Origin: Naegleria gruberi
Taxonomy: Eukaryota
Assembly (NCBI GenBank): GCA_000004985.1
Contig: GG738872.1
Length of the DNA: 64,000 bases
Strand: one strand, 5' to 3'
The notes beneath the pieces were generated by a model that saw only the letters and a program-made list of their open reading frames with translations, was not told where the DNA came from and ran no database searches. Below are positions 32,801 through 44,500 of this stretch, piece after piece. How positions within the stretch are numbered: the first letter of the stretch is position 1; each line of letters opens with the position of its first letter. Both the position numbers and the translations under genes were made by a program.

Positions 32801-34157
32801 ATTTCCAATATAAAATGCATTTAACATATGGAGAGAAATACGTTGTGGAATATTGGCACTGTACTTGGGAACAGTTTCTGGTTGACAGCCCAAAACTGTT
32901 TGTAACTTTCCATTCGAAACCTTTCGTAAGTAATAGTAACTGTCAACAAAGTACAACTCATTATTGTGGTAGAATGGGAAAGAAGGAGTTCCTGTTGAAT
33001 ACATTTGGAATGGAGAAATATTTTCACCTTTTGGGTGAATAACTATTCCACCAGATAATGTGGAAACCATTTTGCTTTGTAAATCAATCTTTCTAATACA
33101 TCTATTCGATTTATCTGCCACTATTACTGTATTTTGAGTGACAATCAAAGACGATGGTTCATAAAACTTGGTATTTGAAGAATCGTATAATTGATTATCG
33201 CCACTGTATCCCTCTGAACCTCCAACTAAAATTTGACTTTGGGCAGAATTCACTAATTTCATTTGTACGAAATTATTAGTTTGAGATGAAGTGTAAATTT
33301 CACCTCCATTAGTAACATAGACACCATATCTTTGAATTGGTTATTAATTACACCATTCAATTATTCACTTACAAATTAGATTGAGCCACTCCTCCATCCA
33401 CAATTCTATAATTTCCATTTTCGTCAATTGACTTGAGTCTTTCTGCATCTGTGAAATAGACAATATCCTTATTTCCATTAGAAATAACGAATATATTCTT
33501 TGGAGATTGTAATTTCAAAAGCTTGGCATCTACACCATCATAATCACCATTTAAATAACCACCTCCTCCAATGACAGTAATTTGTAATGTTGAAATTTCG
33601 TATTTTTTGATTAAATTATTATCTGTATCTGAAATATAAACAAATCCATTCACAGAAACATAAACACCTCTTGGATTATTAAACGTATGTGCGATAGATG
33701 ATGTTGTTCTTGTTCTATTCGAAACTATTCTAATCCTGTTGTTGAGTGAATCAGCAATAAACAAATCACCATTTAATGGATTCACAGATACAGCTGTTGG
33801 TGTATCCAACAAAGTACCCACAGCCTTCAATCCATCTCCATTATATCCACTCGTTACATATCCAGCATAAACCTCTACCAATGACATTGTGTTAAAAATC
33901 CTAAAAACTAAATGTCTCTCAGCATCCGAAACAAATAAATCACCATTCAAACCGAGACACATTCCAGTGGGGGATAACATGTAGGCATATTTTGCCTCCT
34001 CCACTCTTTCTAAAGTATTGTAAAAACCATCCAGTGTTTGTATGTAATAATTGGGAGGTGTCGATAAGGAAGATACTGTTGAAAGATTAGTCAAGAATCC
34101 AACAATGACAACAAGAAGAAGATAAAAGTAAGTGAGCGGTAAAGGTCTGGTCAACAT
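29821..34157 (-). CDS. Receptor protein kinase: signal/anchor, about 1000 aa of NHL-repeat beta-propeller sequence, EGF-like module, TM, Ser/Thr-type kinase. 1392 aa, 4 exons.
   Basis: Exons are 34157..33373, 33329..32229, 32160..30161 and 30113..29821, with introns of 43, 68 and 47 nt (all gtaagt...ag). The last junction rebuilds the kinase motif YAGTPF|YMSPEV. Also present: HRDIKPTNIF, DFGLAK, the EGF-like CNGNGQCSDFNICQCKSGFEGEFCE, and NHL units such as LDTPTAVSVNPLNGDLFIADSLNNRIRIV. An in-frame upstream ATG at 34337 is an alternative start; 34157 gives a signal-like N-terminus. Confidence 0.85.
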
Positions 34158-34978
34158 GTTGGTGCTTATTTTTTTTGAGCATAATTTCAAGGTATTATGT
34201 GTTAGTACTATCTTTCCTGAATAGGCAGGTGAATTGTGTTGCGCTATACGTAAACAATGAGCAATGTTGGCAGTCTGGTCATTTTGAGTGTAACACAAAC
34301 AACAAAATTTCCATGTTTTTTCTGAATAAGCACACATCTCATAGTTTACAATAAGGTGAAAATAAAAAAAATTAAATCAAAAAGAAAAGTTGAAGAGGGT
34401 TTTCAATTGAAAACCTTATCCTTGTTGATCATCATAACTATTGTTCAATTGTGTACCATTACAGTAATATATTACTAATACAAAATGTTATATATTGTTT
34501 TAAGAAGAAAAATTCAAGGAAATATATATGTTGATGTGTAAAATAGAATAGATGGAAATTTTCAAGAAAGAACCAATATAAATTTTATATTAAAATTATA
34601 ATAAAACAATATTGAATATTTAAGCCGAGCTGTTTCACTTTTACTTTCTTTTTTACCAATATTTACAATCCCTCATTTACACAAATAGAGAATCTTCAAA
34701 ATACTTTAATATAAAATAAATTTACCAAAAAACCACTTTCTAAACTACCACCTTCTGTACTGGCACCTCAGTAATCTATCTCAGGAGTCCCTCAACTCCC
34801 AGCACCAATCAACAGCTCACAGGAGTTGAACATCATAATTTATGCATTTGCACGATATTTTCGCGTTTTACCTCCCTAAATTTCTCCTCATAGAAGGTAA
34901 AAGAGAGCAAATCAATTTTGAAGCAAATTTCACAAGAAAAAAAAACTCGCGAATCATCAAACTCACAAACACTTTGAA

Positions 34979-36291
34979 ATGTCTATTAATTCCTCGTATT
35001 CGGCAGCAGCAAATCCAGTGGTGGTGGACACAGTGCAAGAGCATGTGGTGGACACACATGGAAAGACAATTATTCAACAATATCATTATCATTATTACAA
35101 TACAGATCCAGCCACCGATGTTAATACTCAACCAAAATCTCAACCTGATGCTATTCCTTCTGTAGTACAACCAACACCAACCAAGACACAGCCAATTCCA
35201 AAAATGGCACAATCAAGATTTCTCACTCCTGCCCAAGTGATTGATAAGTTAAAACTGGATGGTGTGAGAAAATCCAAACTCACCCTCGATCAGACCATTA
35301 TTCTTTCTCTCTTTGCTGGTGTTTTCAAAGGAATTGCTGGTTCAATTTCAATGATAATTGGCGGGAATAATCCTGAAATGCAGAAAAATAATCCTGGAGC
35401 TCAACAGTTAATGTTTGGAATGTAAGTTTTGAAAATTTATGTAATTTTGATGGAATTTGAATGGTGAATGATATGAAAATTGATTGTTTTGTTAATTTGA
35501 TATTGAAATATTTCGAATAATTGTTGAACTAAAGTGTCTTTCCAATAGGATTGACTTTAACCATCATGATGGGTGCTGAACTCTTTACAGGAAACTGCAT
35601 GGTTCTAGTTTTGGGTTTACTCTCTAGAAAATGGGCTACCAAAAAGTTTATCAAACACTATTATCACTTCTCCAAGAATATTCTCCTTTCGTTTACTTTC
35701 AACATGATTGGTGCCTTTCTAGTTTCGTATTTCTTTGTCTACCAAACTCATTTAATGTCTCCAAATGATCCAGATGCCCCCTATTGGATCAAATATGCAA
35801 TGAAACTTGCAGAAACGAAATGTTCCAAAACTTTCGGCTCTTTAGTCTTGAGTGGAATTATTTGTAACATGTTAGTGACCATGTCCATCTTTATAGCCAA
35901 TGCAGCAACCAGTATTGAAGCAAAGATTATTGGATTGTGGCCTGGAATTACTGTTTTCGTTGCATGTGGTTGGGATCACTCAGTTTCGAATAGTTTCTTC
36001 ATTCCACTTGGAATGCTGTATGGAGCTAATGTTTCAGTTTCTGATTTCTTGATTGGAAACTTACTTCCAGTCACAATTGGTAATATCATTGGTGGAAGTT
36101 TTGTAATTGCTGGTCTAATGTACTTTGTAAATGATTTTCGTGCAAAGAATAAGAAACTTGTATTCGAAAGTATTTCCAAGATTTGGAAACGAACTAAACA
36201 AGCTTCACAATCTGTTAATTCCTTTGCCATGAGTCGTTCCATTAGTGAAACTGAACTTGAAAATTCTAATGAAAAAGAAACTTTAATATGA
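34979..36291 (+). CDS. Formate/nitrite transporter (FNT) family channel, 399 aa, 2 exons
   Basis: Exons are 34979..35421 and 35535..36291, with a 113-nt intron (gtaagt...aaag). The junction gives LMFG|IVFPIGLTLTIMMGAELFTGN, the FNT signature. The second signature, FVACGWDHSVSNSFFIPLG with the central His, is present. Confidence 0.85.
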
Positions 36292-36449
36292 AATTTATTT
36301 TTTAATATTTTTTTTTTTAATTGTTTGAAAGAATTGAGAATGGAAAAAACGTTATCTTGTCAACTGGATTGGGAAAATGGATTTTATTTTTGAACATTTG
36401 ATGTCTGACGTTTATACACCCGACATGTTGTATTTTCAAAGCAAAAAAA

Positions 36450-38179
36450 ATGTTAATATTTCTATTCTCCCTGCTCGTTGTCATTCTCGGAGGTCTTTTT
36501 GTCAAACTTTCAACTTCTTTGAAAAAATCATCATCAACAGCTGACAGCAAAAAAACTCAAAATTCTGACAAGAATGATACACCTCAAATTACAACAAACA
36601 AGAGAGAATCAAGTGATGAATCATTCCTAGTCAACAAGGAAGAATTCCAAAAAGTATTTAAAAATGTTTCTTCCAATTTCTTTAAGAATATTTCTGAACA
36701 AATTTCTAAAAACAAAGAAGTGTTGAATTTAATGCATAATTCTGCCAAAATGCCAAGTATGAAGGAATTGATATCAACAATCAAGGGAAAGAGTGAATCC
36801 AATGTTGTTATTTTAGCAGAAGAAGAACAAGCATTGACAGAAATTGGTGATGATGAAGAGACAGTTGACATTGCTACAACTCCAATCATGTCAGATGATG
36901 AGGAAGATGAGGAAGATTTTAGAAAATCAATTTCTACTCCAATTGCTCAAGATGATTCTCCTCCTTCACAAGAAACTGTCCTAAATAAGATGAATGAAAA
37001 GAGAAAGAATATTCTTGCTGAAATTTTGAGTACTGAAGAATATTACGTTAAGGGATTGTTAATTCTTGATTTTGTTTACAAGAAACAAATTGAACAAAAG
37101 AAAATTGTCGATCCAAAAGTTTTAAAAACAATTTTCCAAGATGTTGACCTCGTGTTAAATGTCAATCAACAATTTTTGACTGAATTGAGAAAGATTTATG
37201 AAAAGGAAAGAAATTTGGAAAGATCTTTACAAGATAGAAAGAATAACTTTTCAAGTTTGGGTGAATTATTGAACAGTTATGCACACAGCTTTAAATTATA
37301 CTCTACTTACATTGCTGGTTATAAGAAGGCATCAGCTGCTTTATCTGAAGAAAAGAAAAAGAATAAGAAATTGACTCAATTCTTGGATGGATTGAAACAA
37401 TTGTTGAAGGATCAAGGTGAGAGAATTACTCAATTGGAAAGTTATCTTGTTACTCCAGTTCAAAGAATTCGTAAGTTTTTCATTTCTCTTTTAGTCATTA
37501 ATTATTGATTGACTAATTCACATATGTTTACTAATTGACTCGTGTGAAAATGTGAAAACTCATTGAAAAAACAGCTCGTTACAGATTATTATTAGAAGAT
37601 TTGTACAAAAACACTCCAAATGATGACACTGCAAAGGGACGTCTTGAAGAAGCTCTTGAATTGATTAAAAAGATTGCTCTCTATGTTAATGATGCCGAAG
37701 TCAAAGTTGAAAACATTCAAGTTACTTCACACATGGTTCACAAATTGAAATTGAAAGGTTTCATCAAACCATCAAGATATCTCATTAATTATTGGGCTGA
37801 AGAAAACGATTCTCCAATCCAATGCAGAGCCAATACCTCCAGTAAGATTAACAATTGCGAATTGTACATTTTCAGTGATATTATTGTCTTGCATAAGAGG
37901 TTTGACAGTTTCTTGACCTCAAAGATTGAATTGTTGTTAACTAGAAAGGGAACTAAGCAATCAAGCAAATTGATTGTTAAGGAAGTTCAAATTAATAATG
38001 GATCAAAGAATGGAACCAATGATTTGGATATTAACATCAAGTGGATTTATGAAAATAACTCAACCAAACAATTGACATTTATTGCCAAATCTGCTGACGA
38101 TTTGAAGAAGCTTGAAAGCTCCATTCGTACTGCCATTAATGGATCTTCAACCAATAGTATTTCCCTCTTTAAAAAGTAA
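36450..38179 (+). CDS. RhoGEF (Dbl-homology plus PH-like) protein with an N-terminal hydrophobic anchor, 541 aa, 2 exons
   Basis: Exons are 36450..37470 and 37575..38179, with a 104-nt intron (gtaagt...acag). The DH start is RKNILAEILSTEEYYVKGL. The junction rebuilds LVTPVQRI|PRYRLLLEDLYKNTP, the conserved DH CR3 motif. Confidence 0.85.
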
Positions 38180-38645
38180 TTTGTTCAGAGTTGATTTCCA
38201 TAAACATTTTTTAATTTCAAATTTCACTAAAAACTGTTAGATCATTCAGCACCACCTTGTATTAATTTTCATCCGAAGCAAATTCTAATCAACTTGTCCT
38301 GAAAAATAATTGTTTCAATTCGACTTTTGATTTAAAAATCTTTAAAACCTTATGATCACCTTCTTTCATTTGTTGAAGGTTTTTGACATGATTCCTTAAT
38401 ACGATCAGTAACACTTCTTCCAATCAACTTGTTTGATCTCTAATATTAAGTTGACCTTTTAATTATGATATAAAAATAGTTTTCAATCAATTTAATGATC
38501 ATCTCACAATCAAAAGTTAGTATTAGAAGCGAATCAATTTCAACACAAAAAAAATAGCAAAAACATATTCCATAGGACTATTTTAACATCAAAACATTAT
38601 CATCAATATATTTAAATATAATATTAAAAATATAATATTACAATA

Positions 38646-40451
38646 ATGGTATTAGATACATCAAATCCACCAGTTATTATAAACGGAGCTCATACTTTGG
38701 TTGGATGTTTGACAGCATTGGCAATTGCTAGACAATTTAATCAGAGAGTAGTTTTGGTTTCGACTCATTCCGAAGCCTTGCTTGTCAATGAAGCAATTTT
38801 AATTAATTCAAAGAGTGCTGAGAAATTATGTACTCTATTGGAAACCCCACTTTTGCAAAAGGTGGTTCAATGTAGGAATATAGAGGGATATGCAGTGCAT
38901 GATCTGGAGAGAGGTGATTGTCTGATTGAGTTTGATAGTCACAGCTTGTACAAGGCAGTGATGGATAAATTGACTACTAAATATTTGGACATGGTAAAGA
39001 TTGTGTTTGGTATTGGAGAACCATCTGTGCATTTCCAAGTCATTCCACAAGTTTCAACTCTGAAAGTGCCCATTCTGAAGTTTGTGAATAAGGAGGGCAT
39101 GACAGAGGAAATCATTTCCAAGTTTTTATTCGATTGTGAGAGAAAGAGTTTTGTGGTAGCATCCATGTTGCACCATTCGAGCTCTGGTTTAAATCTCAAA
39201 CAATCTTCATCGAGTTACATGTATCAACAATTGGATATTCCTGAAAATTTGTATCCGTTCAAGGAGAGCAAATATCAAGTTAGAATTCAAGAAAATACTA
39301 CCATGATGATCGTTCCAAAATTCCTATCCAATCAATTCTCCACAACATTCTTCTTCAAGATTGATCCACAACTCCAATACGATCAACAGATGGTTGCATT
39401 GAAAATGTTGGAATTTTTAAAGAGTGAATTTCCATTCACCTTTTCATTGGTAACACTTGAGAATATCTATTCGTGGTTTTCCAGCCATTTGGAAACAATA
39501 CAGGATTATCAAGTTACTGCCTCCACTACTGAATGTATTGGATTTCTCAATCAATCAAGGATACCACATTTTGGAGATTATCAATTTATGGAGGTTTTCA
39601 AATTTATCAAAAATCTCGAAAGTTTGGGCATTCCAACAACCAAAAAGATTCCTGCTGAGGATATCAAAAAGTCTATGACTATTCTTGAGATTGACCAATT
39701 CAATAGTGTGAAGGCCATTGAGAGAACATTACATGATTATCAAGTAATGAAAAATACAATGTGGAGATTTACAGGACCTGTGTGGAACTTTTTGAAAATT
39801 CCTGTCATTACTGCCAAACAACACTTGATTGATGTATTTGGAAGAGAAACATCAAGAATGACCACAGCTCAAAAATGGAGGTACAGATTCATCTATGGCC
39901 TATCGGCAATTTTGCTCTATAAGGGTGCAAGTAATTGGTATCATGATAGAAAAGTGGCCAATGATATCATTCGCAAGATTGGAACTGAGAATGAATTGTG
40001 TAAGAAATTGATCAGAAGATGTGTTTCAGGAGATTGTGGCTCCAAAACTGTCAGTCTTATGTTACAGCATGATGAAGGATTGAACTTTTTAGAAATTAAC
40101 ACACTGGTTAATCTCTTAAAAGATTCCAGTAGTAGAGTGGAATTTTTGACACAGTTGGTCTTATCAGGAAATATCAAACAATTAAGTGGCACACAGTTAT
40201 CTTCTCTTTTGAAATCGGCTAACCAATTCATGGAAGATGACAAATATGAATTATTACTCAAATTGTATCCATATGCACAGGTTTCACAACATGAAATTCC
40301 GTTAATAGTTTCCAATTTTGATTTTTTAAAGTATCAAGACAAAGCTAGGGAACTGTTACAACCTGGTTCAAGTAATCAATCACAATCATCGGGGGGTGGT
40401 GTACTTGCTCTTGCTGTTTTAAGTGTATTCTTCATGTTGGGATTGTTGTAA
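38646..40451 (+). CDS. Hypothetical protein, 601 aa. It has a degenerate Rossmann-like N-terminus and a C-terminal hydrophobic tail.
   Basis: Long ATG ORF. The N-terminal VIINGAHTLVGCLTALAIARQ resembles a dinucleotide-binding beta-alpha-beta unit but lacks GxGxxG. The C-terminus, SSGGGVLALAVLSVFFMLGLL, looks like a tail anchor or GPI signal. Confidence 0.55.
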   Translation: MVLDTSNPPVIINGAHTLVGCLTALAIARQFNQRVVLVSTHSEALLVNEAILINSKSAEKLCTLLETPLLQKVVQCRNIEGYAVHDLERGDCLIEFDSHSLYKAVMDKLTTKYLDMVKIVFGIGEPSVHFQVIPQVSTLKVPILKFVNKEGMTEEIISKFLFDCERKSFVVASMLHHSSSGLNLKQSSSSYMYQQLDIPENLYPFKESKYQVRIQENTTMMIVPKFLSNQFSTTFFFKIDPQLQYDQQMVALKMLEFLKSEFPFTFSLVTLENIYSWFSSHLETIQDYQVTASTTECIGFLNQSRIPHFGDYQFMEVFKFIKNLESLGIPTTKKIPAEDIKKSMTILEIDQFNSVKAIERTLHDYQVMKNTMWRFTGPVWNFLKIPVITAKQHLIDVFGRETSRMTTAQKWRYRFIYGLSAILLYKGASNWYHDRKVANDIIRKIGTENELCKKLIRRCVSGDCGSKTVSLMLQHDEGLNFLEINTLVNLLKDSSSRVEFLTQLVLSGNIKQLSGTQLSSLLKSANQFMEDDKYELLLKLYPYAQVSQHEIPLIVSNFDFLKYQDKARELLQPGSSNQSQSSGGGVLALAVLSVFFMLGLL

Positions 40452-41533
40452 AATAAAAGATATATATTTTCCAAATAATTCTTAAATCAATTATTCCTCT
40501 TATTGTTTTAATAAAAAGAAGAAGGAATGATGTAAAAAGTATTGCAATATTAACTAGCTAATGGGTATTTCTGGTATACCTCGATCAGCAACGATATATT
40601 GACGACCTATATTCAAATTAATGGTGCGCTGCAGCCTAAAACAATGGAGCAGAGACGGGGACTTGAAATTGTTGAGTAACATCCATCGTAGAATAATTCC
40701 GTTCACGATCAAATTATTTGCAAAATTCTTACGATTATGGTGCTACCATTTTTTTAAAAATATTAATAAAAATAATTATCTAGAAGATATTCAACACAAA
40801 GATTCGTCAACTAATTTACTTCAAGAAATTAGAATATCTTTTAAAAAATCATCTTTTTGACATCATGGTTGACAATAATACCATCATTAAATAAGCGCCT
40901 ATAATAATTGTTTTGGCGCAAATTCCTAATAAGGTCGCTTTGTTTTTGTACAATTCAACAAAAAGAGTCTTATTTTTGTCTTCAACAAAGCACAACATCA
41001 AAGCAAGCTTAACCAAGAGATTCACAAGAACTAATGGAGGCTCTTTGAAAAATAAATCAAAAAAAAACATCAATTTGGTTTTTGCTTGAGACACAACGGT
41101 TCAGAGTTTTATTTAGCCAAATTCCTATCTATCAATAATCTAGAAAATCGATCTGATTATTTTTCGGAATTGTCTTTTACTAGTGATTAGTAATAATAGA
41201 AAGTCTTAAGCTAAAAGCTCCGAAGAGTAAGTAGAGTCATATTTAATGTTTCTGACATTTGGTTCTGTATGAATACAATCTTGATGGTGCACTATGCTAC
41301 TTTTGTGATACTACTGTTTTAAATAACAAATCTGATCATCATTGTTGTATACAAATATATTTGTATTCAATTTAATAATACTGTGGATCACAACTTTTTG
41401 TATTGGACGGATTACTATTCCAATTTTATACAATCACCTTTTATTAATCTACCAACAACACTTCTTACAACAATCACTGTGTATTCTTATACTCATCAAC
41501 ACTCGAAAAAACCAAAACAACAACAACAAAACG

Positions 41534-44500
41534 ATGCAACCAATAGAAAATATGTTCTCTGGTCTCCTAGATTCGAGTAACAAACAAAACGAGGACTCCT
41601 CCAATGAAGTCACTTCAGTGGACAGTCCCTCAAAATCTAAAAAAGTGTCTGGTATTAGACGTGCTGCTTCAATTCAAGTCGGATTGAGTGATTTCGAATT
41701 GAGTGGTACTAATGTGCCTAATCCAGAATCTATTTCTTTAACACATTTGAGTAAATATGCTATCACTCTGGCTGGTATGCACGAAGTAGTAGAAGAAAAG
41801 AAGGAATTTGTCAAGCTTATCAAGAGATTAGACGAAACAGCCAGTATTATTACTCAAGCACACGATATTATTTATGAGGCAATTATGCAAAATCGTCGTA
41901 TTACTAGTAGTGATGAATGGTTGGTCGATAATTTTTGGATGATCAAGGAACAAATCCACATGACAAAAAAACACTTGCCACTAGGATATGAAAAGGAAAT
42001 GCCAAAGTTGAATAATACAAAATGTGCAGGTTATCCACGTATTTATGGTATTATTTGGGAATTGATTAACTTGGTAAATGGTCAAGTAACAGAAGAGAAT
42101 ATTTTCCAATTTGTCAAATCTTATCAATCTGTCAAACCATTGACAATTGGTGAATGTTGGGGTATTGGTGTTATGCTTCGTTTAGGTCTTTTAGAAAATA
42201 TTAGACGTGTTGCTGATGGTATTATTAGCAGAAGACAAGATTGTAACCTGGCTGATGCTTGGGCAGATCGTTTATTAACTAGTGCTGAAAAGAGTAGTCG
42301 TGATGTTGTTCAAATTCTGTATCAATTATCACAAAGTGAACCTATTATTACAAATGCTTTCGTCTTACAAATTAGTCAACGTTTACAAGGTTCTGATCCT
42401 GTTCTTTCAATTGTAAATACATGGTTAGAACAACAATTGAGTATTAAGGGTATTGATATCGATCAAATTTTCAGAATGCAAAAGCAAGCTAACTCTTCTA
42501 ATCAAGTTACAATGTCATATTCTATTAACTCTTTGAGATTAATTAACAATTTTAATTGGAAAGAGTTTGTTGAAAAATTGAGTCATATGGATGTTATTCT
42601 TCGTAAGGATCCTTCTGGTATTTATTCATATCAAAATTTCCATACCAGAGATAGATGTAGACACGCTATTGAAAGAATTGCAAAGAGATTCAAGATTGAT
42701 GAAAAGCAAGTTGCCAACAAGGCACTTTCCCTAGCAAAGGAAAATCATGAAGTTTTACAGTCATGTGTTTTAGGATCACCAAGAAGAACAAGGTCTGGTA
42801 GTGATGCTGAACCTCCAAGCTCTCCTGGATCCTCTCCTACTGCTCTCTCACCTCGTAGTGCTAGTAATGTTATTAGGAATATGAATCCAGATCAAATGTA
42901 TGACATGAAACTTATTCGTAGAAAAGCTTGTATTACCTATTGGTTGCTTGAAGATGAAGGTATTAAGGAATTGCATAGAGCTTTAGGTTTTAGAATGAGT
43001 CGTTTACCATTTTCATTTGATTTAAGATTCCCAAGCTTTATTACTTCAATTATTTTCTGGACTTGCTTATTTGCTATTGCTTACATTTTCATGACAAAAC
43101 ATTCTTACCAAACACAATTTGATAGATATCTTCCATTTAGTGGAGTGGAAAGTTTGAAATTATATTTTGTTTATGAAAAGTATCTTGCCTTGGTTTTATT
43201 GTATATATCAGTTTTATTTGTAGGAAGTCAACTTGCTGTTAGTTTGACTAACATGACTTTTGTTAGACTCAAATATCCAGCATCGTTGCCATCTATGGAT
43301 TTCAGTACAACAGGTATTCCTGATGAACACAGATCTATTGTTGTAGTACCAACAATGATAACAAGTTCAGATGGTATTAATGAATTATTGTCAGATTTAC
43401 AAGGTAGATATCTTATTAACAGGGACAAGAATATTGTGTTTGGTTTAATTACTGATTTTGGAGATTCAAAGACTGAAACTACTGAAAAAGATGATGCTCT
43501 CGTCAAGCAAGTTGTTGATGGTATCAATGAATTGAACAAAATGTACACAAGAACTCCTGAAGAACAAAGATACTCCAAGACAACTTTCTTCCTCTTCCAC
43601 AGAAAGAGATTGTACAATCCAGTTGAAAAAGTTTTCATGGGTTGGGAACGTAAGAGAGGTAAATTGGCTGAATTCAATACATTTATTTTACATGGTGAAA
43701 AGGGAAGTTTCAGTCATATTATTGGTGATACTACCAATTTGAATACTGTCAAACACGTCATTACATTGGATACTGATACCATGTTACCTTCAGATGCTGC
43801 TCGTGGTTTGGTTGAAATTGCTGCTCACGTTTTGAACGAACCTGTTATTGATAATCAAACTAAACGTGTTACTCATGGTTATGGTTTGCTTCAACCTCGT
43901 GTTAGTAATGGTTTTACTGGTTCTACTAAGTCACTCTATGCTTATATGCACAGTATGGATTCTGGTTTGGATCCTTATACTAGAGAAGTTAGTGATGTTT
44001 ATCAAGATACTTTTGGTGAAGGTTCATTCATTGGAAAGGGTTTGTACAATGTTGAAACTTTTGAAACTGTTTGTGGCGAAAAGTTCCCAGAAAATAGAAT
44101 TCTCAGTCACGATTTGATTGAAGGTTGTTTTGTCAGATCTGGATTGACTTCTGGTATTGAAGTTATTGAAGATTATCCATCAAGTTATGGTGTTGAAGCC
44201 TCTAGAAGACATCGTTGGATTAGAGGTGACTGGCAAATTGCTAGTTATGCTTTCAGTCCTTTCATCTTGACTGCCAAGGGTTATGAAAAGAATACCTTGT
44301 CTGCATTGCATAGATGGAAGATTTTCGACAATTTGAGAAGATCTCTCGTTCCAGCTGCTATGACTTATTTGATTATGAGTACTGCTTTGTTCACTTCCTA
44401 TCACTCCAAGTTGCCATTCGTTGCTGTTCTCGCTGTTCTTTCAATTTATCTCATTCCAACAACAATCAATACTATTATTGATGTTGTCAAGAAACCTGAA

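Noticed and set aside
34842-35212. Overlapping ORFs 34842-35165 (+) and 34868-35212 (-) at the 5' end of the FNT gene
   Set aside because: They overlap the better-supported FNT exon 1 frame (34979-35421), which splices into the FNT signature. The alternative frames give low-complexity peptides.
40621-41094. Small ORFs in the 1.1-kb spacer upstream of the glucan synthase: 79 aa on the plus strand, and 81 aa on the minus strand (ATG at 41070 giving a 73-aa hydrophobic peptide)
   Set aside because: No motif, short, AT-rich. The minus-strand one could be a small membrane protein, but there is no supporting evidence. A T7 run at ~40750 after ggtgctacca was checked against U6, 7SL and RNase P starts without a match.
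41174-41182. cttttacta, resembling the invariant U5 snRNA loop I (CUUUUACUAAAG)
   Set aside because: The flanks do not form the U5 stem, there is no Sm site downstream, and the match is too short to be meaningful.
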